Origin: Candidatus Poribacteria bacterium
GTDB taxonomy: Bacteria; Poribacteria; WGA-4E; JAJDTR01
Assembly: GCA_965222225.1 (NCBI GenBank)
Contig: CBDCTK010000002.1
Location: 1,280,001-1,344,000 of the forward strand
Length of the DNA: 64,000 bases
Direction of reading: 5' to 3'
Shown here: one piece after another, positions 63,112 through 64,000 of the stretch
How the letters are laid out: each line of letters begins with the position of its first letter
Position numbering within the stretch: the stretch's first letter is position 1
Program-made: the position numbers and the translations under genes
Notes under the pieces: generated by a model
What the model was told of the DNA's origin: nothing
Seen by the model: only the letters and a program-made list of their open reading frames with translations
The model's database searches: none

Positions 63112-63468
63112 TCAGAACTTATGCAGACCGATGTTGTTTCCGGCAGGGTCAATAAACACACCGATGTGTCCCATACCACCCGGGACCGGCGTCGGCGGCA
63201 CAATCGTCTTACCGCCAAGGCTCTCCGCTTTGTCCAAACACGCTTGAATGTCGTCCACCTGGATGTAGATAGAGACATAGTTTGGCGGCATGTCTTCGGT
63301 CGTTTGCATAATGGCTCCAGGGATACCGCCCTTGACATTCTCAATATACCAGTAGTTGCCAGCCGGGGCATGACGCGCAATTTTCCAATCGAAGAGGCTG
63401 CCGAAGAACTCCTTTAGCGCCGCCCCGTCTCGCCCTGCGATTTCAAAATAGACAACCGGTTTTCCCAT
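63112..63468 (-). CDS. VOC/glyoxalase family protein
   Basis: PVVYFEI, YIQVDDI, GGKTIVPP, DPAGNNIGL. Confidence 0.9.
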   Translation of the reverse strand: MGKPVVYFEIAGRDGAALKEFFGSLFDWKIARHAPAGNYWYIENVKGGIPGAIMQTTEDMPPNYVSIYIQVDDIQACLDKAESLGGKTIVPPTPVPGGMGHIGVFIDPAGNNIGLHKF

Positions 63469-63597
63469 GAACCCCTCCTAATCCCTTGCCGTAATCAAAG
63501 TTTAAGAATCAACCCTACATTTTGGGCAAGATAAGGATTTGAAGACCTGCGGTTCCATCCAGTCTTACTTTCTTCCAATCTTCCATTCTTCCTTTTG

Positions 63598-63975
63598 CTA
63601 CCGATCGTTCTGCCCTTCGGGTGCCTTGTAGAGTCCGATACAGTTGCCGCTCGGATCGCTAAACATTGCCATCGAACCAACATCATCGCGGATAAGCATG
63701 GGCGGCACAATGGTCTTTCCACCTAGGCTTTCGGCTTTGTCCAGATACGCTTGGAGATCATCCACCTGAATGTAGATAGTGACGTGGTTAGGCGGCATGT
63801 CCTCGGTCGTCGGCATGATTCCTCCTCCGATTCCACCCTCCTCCGCACACACGCCTGCGTAGTTGTTCAAATTCTCCGCTACAGTTAAATTCCAATCGAA
63901 GAGCTCCGTGTAAAATCCCCGAAGCTGCTCACCATCTCTACCTCCGATTTCAAAATGAACCACTGGTTGTCCCAT
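63598..63975 (-). CDS. VOC/glyoxalase family protein
   Basis: PVVHFEI, YIQVDDL, GGKTIVPP, DPSGNCIGL. Confidence 0.9.
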   Translation of the reverse strand: MGQPVVHFEIGGRDGEQLRGFYTELFDWNLTVAENLNNYAGVCAEEGGIGGGIMPTTEDMPPNHVTIYIQVDDLQAYLDKAESLGGKTIVPPMLIRDDVGSMAMFSDPSGNCIGLYKAPEGQNDR

Positions 63976-64000
63976 TATTCCTCTCCTTTGAGTGAGATAA

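Overview
Bacterial chromosomal window, mostly housekeeping genes: rimI, rnpA-yidD-yidC-jag-mnmE, rluB, pdxJ, surE, nadK, recN, a fused indolepyruvate ferredoxin oxidoreductase, aroE, zapA, dnaK, clpB and MacAB-like transporter genes. The gene repertoire (tandem PhyH dioxygenases, BMC shell gene plus encapsulated aldehyde dehydrogenase, CRTAC1/ASPIC protein, protease-TPR protein) is suggestive of Candidatus Poribacteria; this is inference only. An accessory island at about 29.5-38.6 kb follows zapA. It holds a cas-less mini CRISPR in which a leader+repeat unit is duplicated around an unknown gene, an IS1595 transposase, an orphan ParB pair, and a Cre-like tyrosine recombinase followed by cargo genes separated by a shared repeat family. 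Other highlights: a thioredoxin-TPR selenoprotein (UxxC with SECIS hairpin) that the ORF track splits in two; sigma-54 promoters with a shared palindrome upstream of dnaK and clpB; and a complete IS701 inserted between clpB and its promoter. All calls were made by eye, with no database searches.
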